Below the pieces are notes generated by a model. That model was not told the DNA's origin. It saw nothing but the letters and a program-made list of their open reading frames with translations, and searched no databases. Below, one piece after another: positions 61,995 to 64,000 of a DNA stretch of 64,000 nucleotides. Origin of the DNA: Dictyostelium discoideum (taxonomy: Eukaryota); assembly GCA_000004695.1 (NCBI GenBank), contig CM000155.2, forward strand, positions 2,880,001 through 2,944,000, given 5' to 3'. Position numbers and translations under genes: made by a program. Numbering within the stretch: position 1 is the stretch's first letter; each line of letters begins with the position of its first letter.

Positions 61995-62974
61995 TTTTTT
62001 ATTACAATCGGAAAAACTTCAAAAAAGGCAATTTGTTTGTTTAAAAAAAATTGAAATCCCATAATTTGTAAAATCAAATATGACCTTTAAAAAACCCAAA
62101 TTTTAAAAAAATAAAAAAATAAAAAATAAAAACACTATACAAACAAATTTTAATGAATAAATATTTTATTTATTTAAATTTATTTTCAAATGATTCCCTC
62201 TCAGATTTAAAAAAAAAAGATTTAATTTAACTACTTACAAACAAAAATATTGATGGGAATTATATTTTTTTTAAAAAAAAAAAAAAAAAAAACAACATTA
62301 AAAAGGATAAATAAAAATTAAAATACATAACCAACATCTGTAAAATCTTTAAAATCATATTCAATGCGAATATCTTTTTTTTGGAAAAAAAAAGAAAAGA
62401 TTTTAGGAATAAAAAAAAAAAAAAAAAAGTTTTAATAAGTAAGAACATAAATTTTTAATTATATAATAAAGTATTAAAAAAAAAAAGAAACCCACATTTT
62501 AAAATTTTTATATTTCAGATATACAAAGCTTGTAGATACTATTCCTAAGCGTACATGTATATTTTATATAGAGATAAAAAAAAAAAAAAAAAAGTTAAAA
62601 AGAATATGTTTATAATAAATAATAATACTCCACCATTGGTGTACTTAAGTGTTTGTTAGGTATTAATAAAAAGTGGTTTTTGTTTTTTTTAATTTTTTTT
62701 TAAAAATATTGAATTCTATAAAATTGAAGAAAATTTTTGATTAGTTTTTTTTTTTTTTTTTTTTTTGGTAACCATTAGTTGTATGGTTATTATTTACCTT
62801 TGATTCATTTGTAGTTTATTAAATTTATTTTGAATTATTTTGAACGGAGCTCTATTCCTCATATCCACTCAGCGACCTTTATTTCCTTTTACAATTTAAT
62901 TTTCAATCTTTTTTTTTTTTGGTTAAATATATATACAGAGAGTTGTTACCTTTTTTTGTCTTTTTTTTTTTTTT

Positions 62975-64000
62975 TTAAATAAGAACTTGATCCTCGTTTT
63001 GATTTATGTTTAAACCATTTTGAGAACCTAAAAGATTGAAATCTAAATCAATAAAAGTAGAAGAAGGGTGTGAATATATATTTACATCAAAATTTTGTTG
63101 TTGTTGTTGTTTATATTCTAAAACATTTGAAAAAGATGATTTAAGTTTTAATTGAGAATCAATTAATCTTACCTCATGACTAAATGCAGATGTAGATGAT
63201 GAATTAGCAGCAGCAACTACGATATCATTGTTGTGAATACCGTCATTTGATGATGAAGAGTCAATATTGTTGTTATTATCAAAGTCATTTGCAACTTGAT
63301 AATCTGTAAAACTTTGGCAGCTACTGGATCCATCAGATGGATAACTATAACAGGTTTCATTGGTAGAAATTGATTTGAGAACATCAGAATCAATCATTGG
63401 AAATTGAAAATCTTGAATTTGGCAACCAGAATTATTATTGTTATTGTTATTATTATTATTATTGTTGTTATTATTATTACTATTGTTGTTATTATTGTTA
63501 CCCAAGGCATCACACGATGTTGAAGTAATACTTAAATTACTTGATTCAGATGTAAATGGGAATGGAGTTGGTGTGTTTGGATTTGTTGGTGGTGAAGGTG
63601 GTAATGAAAATGTATTTGGTGTTTGAGGTGCCTCATGTGATGGAGGTGATGATTGGTACATATTTTGAAAATTATTTATATTATTATTATTATTATTGTT
63701 GTTAGTATTATGGTATGTAACCAATGAATTAACAATTGATGTCACTGAATTTAATTGTGTTGTAATTAATTTATTTTGTTGATAAAGTAATGATATTAAG
63801 TTTTTATCATTTTGACGTAATTTTTTAAGTTTTTTAATAGTTTTAGCCATATCAGATGTATGTCTATGATTTGATGATTTAGTTTTTTTTACAACTGGAC
63901 TATTTGTTGATGAGATTGATTCATTATCAGTTATTATTTCTTTATTATTACAATTACTATTATTATTATTATTATTACTATTACTATTTAAATTATGATT
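62975..64000 (-). CDS. Partial gene (3' part) for a hypothetical Asn/Ser/Pro-rich protein with a basic, heptad-like segment. It continues beyond the window end.
   Basis: The 291-aa ORF at 62975..63850 stays open upstream to the window edge, reading ...NSNCNNKEIITDNESISSTNSPVVKKTKSSNHRHTSDMAKTIKKLKKLRQNDKNLISLLYQQNKLITTQLNSV... Confidence 0.4.
   Translation of the reverse strand, partial: NHNLNSNSNNNNNNSNCNNKEIITDNESISSTNSPVVKKTKSSNHRHTSDMAKTIKKLKKLRQNDKNLISLLYQQNKLITTQLNSVTSIVNSLVTYHNTNNNNNNNNINNFQNMYQSSPPSHEAPQTPNTFSLPPSPPTNPNTPTPFPFTSESSNLSITSTSCDALGNNNNNNSNNNNNNNNNNNNNNNNSGCQIQDFQFPMIDSDVLKSISTNETCYSYPSDGSSSCQSFTDYQVANDFDNNNNIDSSSSNDGIHNNDIVVAAANSSSTSAFSHEVRLIDSQLKLKSSFSNVLEYKQQQQQNFDVNIYSHPSSTFIDLDFNLLGSQNGLNINQNEDQVLI

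Overview
This 64-kb window is nuclear DNA from a dictyostelid amoeba, almost certainly Dictyostelium discoideum. The evidence is about 75-80% A+T, homopolymer-choked intergenic DNA, short AT-rich GT..AG introns of roughly 70-290 nt, poly-Asn/poly-Gln coding microsatellites, three 100-N assembly gaps and a tRNA-gene-targeted non-LTR retroelement. It is not prokaryotic, so there is no CRISPR, no operons and no phage.

Genes found, in order:
- a 5-exon full-size ABCA transporter (+)
- a multi-exon secreted type-I membrane glycoprotein with an EGF-like module (+), carrying an apparent frameshift near its 3' end
- a 4-exon ABCB/MDR full transporter (-) with a 31-nt micro-exon
- a single-exon SABATH-like SAM methyltransferase (-)
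- a Thr-rich hypothetical gene (-)
- a 4-exon membrane protein with an N-terminal anchor, ectodomain and about 7 TM helices (-)
- an N-terminal PEN-2 (gamma-secretase) fragment cut by a gap (+)
- a full-size PDR-type ABCG transporter (+) surrounded by three dispersed fragments of itself and tandem copies of its 3' flank
- a purple acid phosphatase (+)
- a UTP4/cirhin-like WD40 gene (+) whose third intron is about 4.5 kb and hosts an antisense ELM2-SANT gene plus a gap
- a KDM3-like JmjC protein (-)
- a truncated TRE3-type retroelement downstream of tRNA-Ile(AAU) (-)
- a FANCI homologue (+)
- a partial gene running off the 3' end (-)

The most unusual locus is a gap-flanked island at about 24.1-28.8 kb. 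It holds foldback repeats, a frameshifted SF3 (D5/P4-like) helicase-like pseudogene reminiscent of virus, plasmid or Polinton genes, further frameshifted ORFs, and a roughly 280-bp GC-richer palindromic element.

All coordinates were read by eye from the printed sequence and are approximate to within 1-3 nt. Several long printed lines were re-read during indexing.
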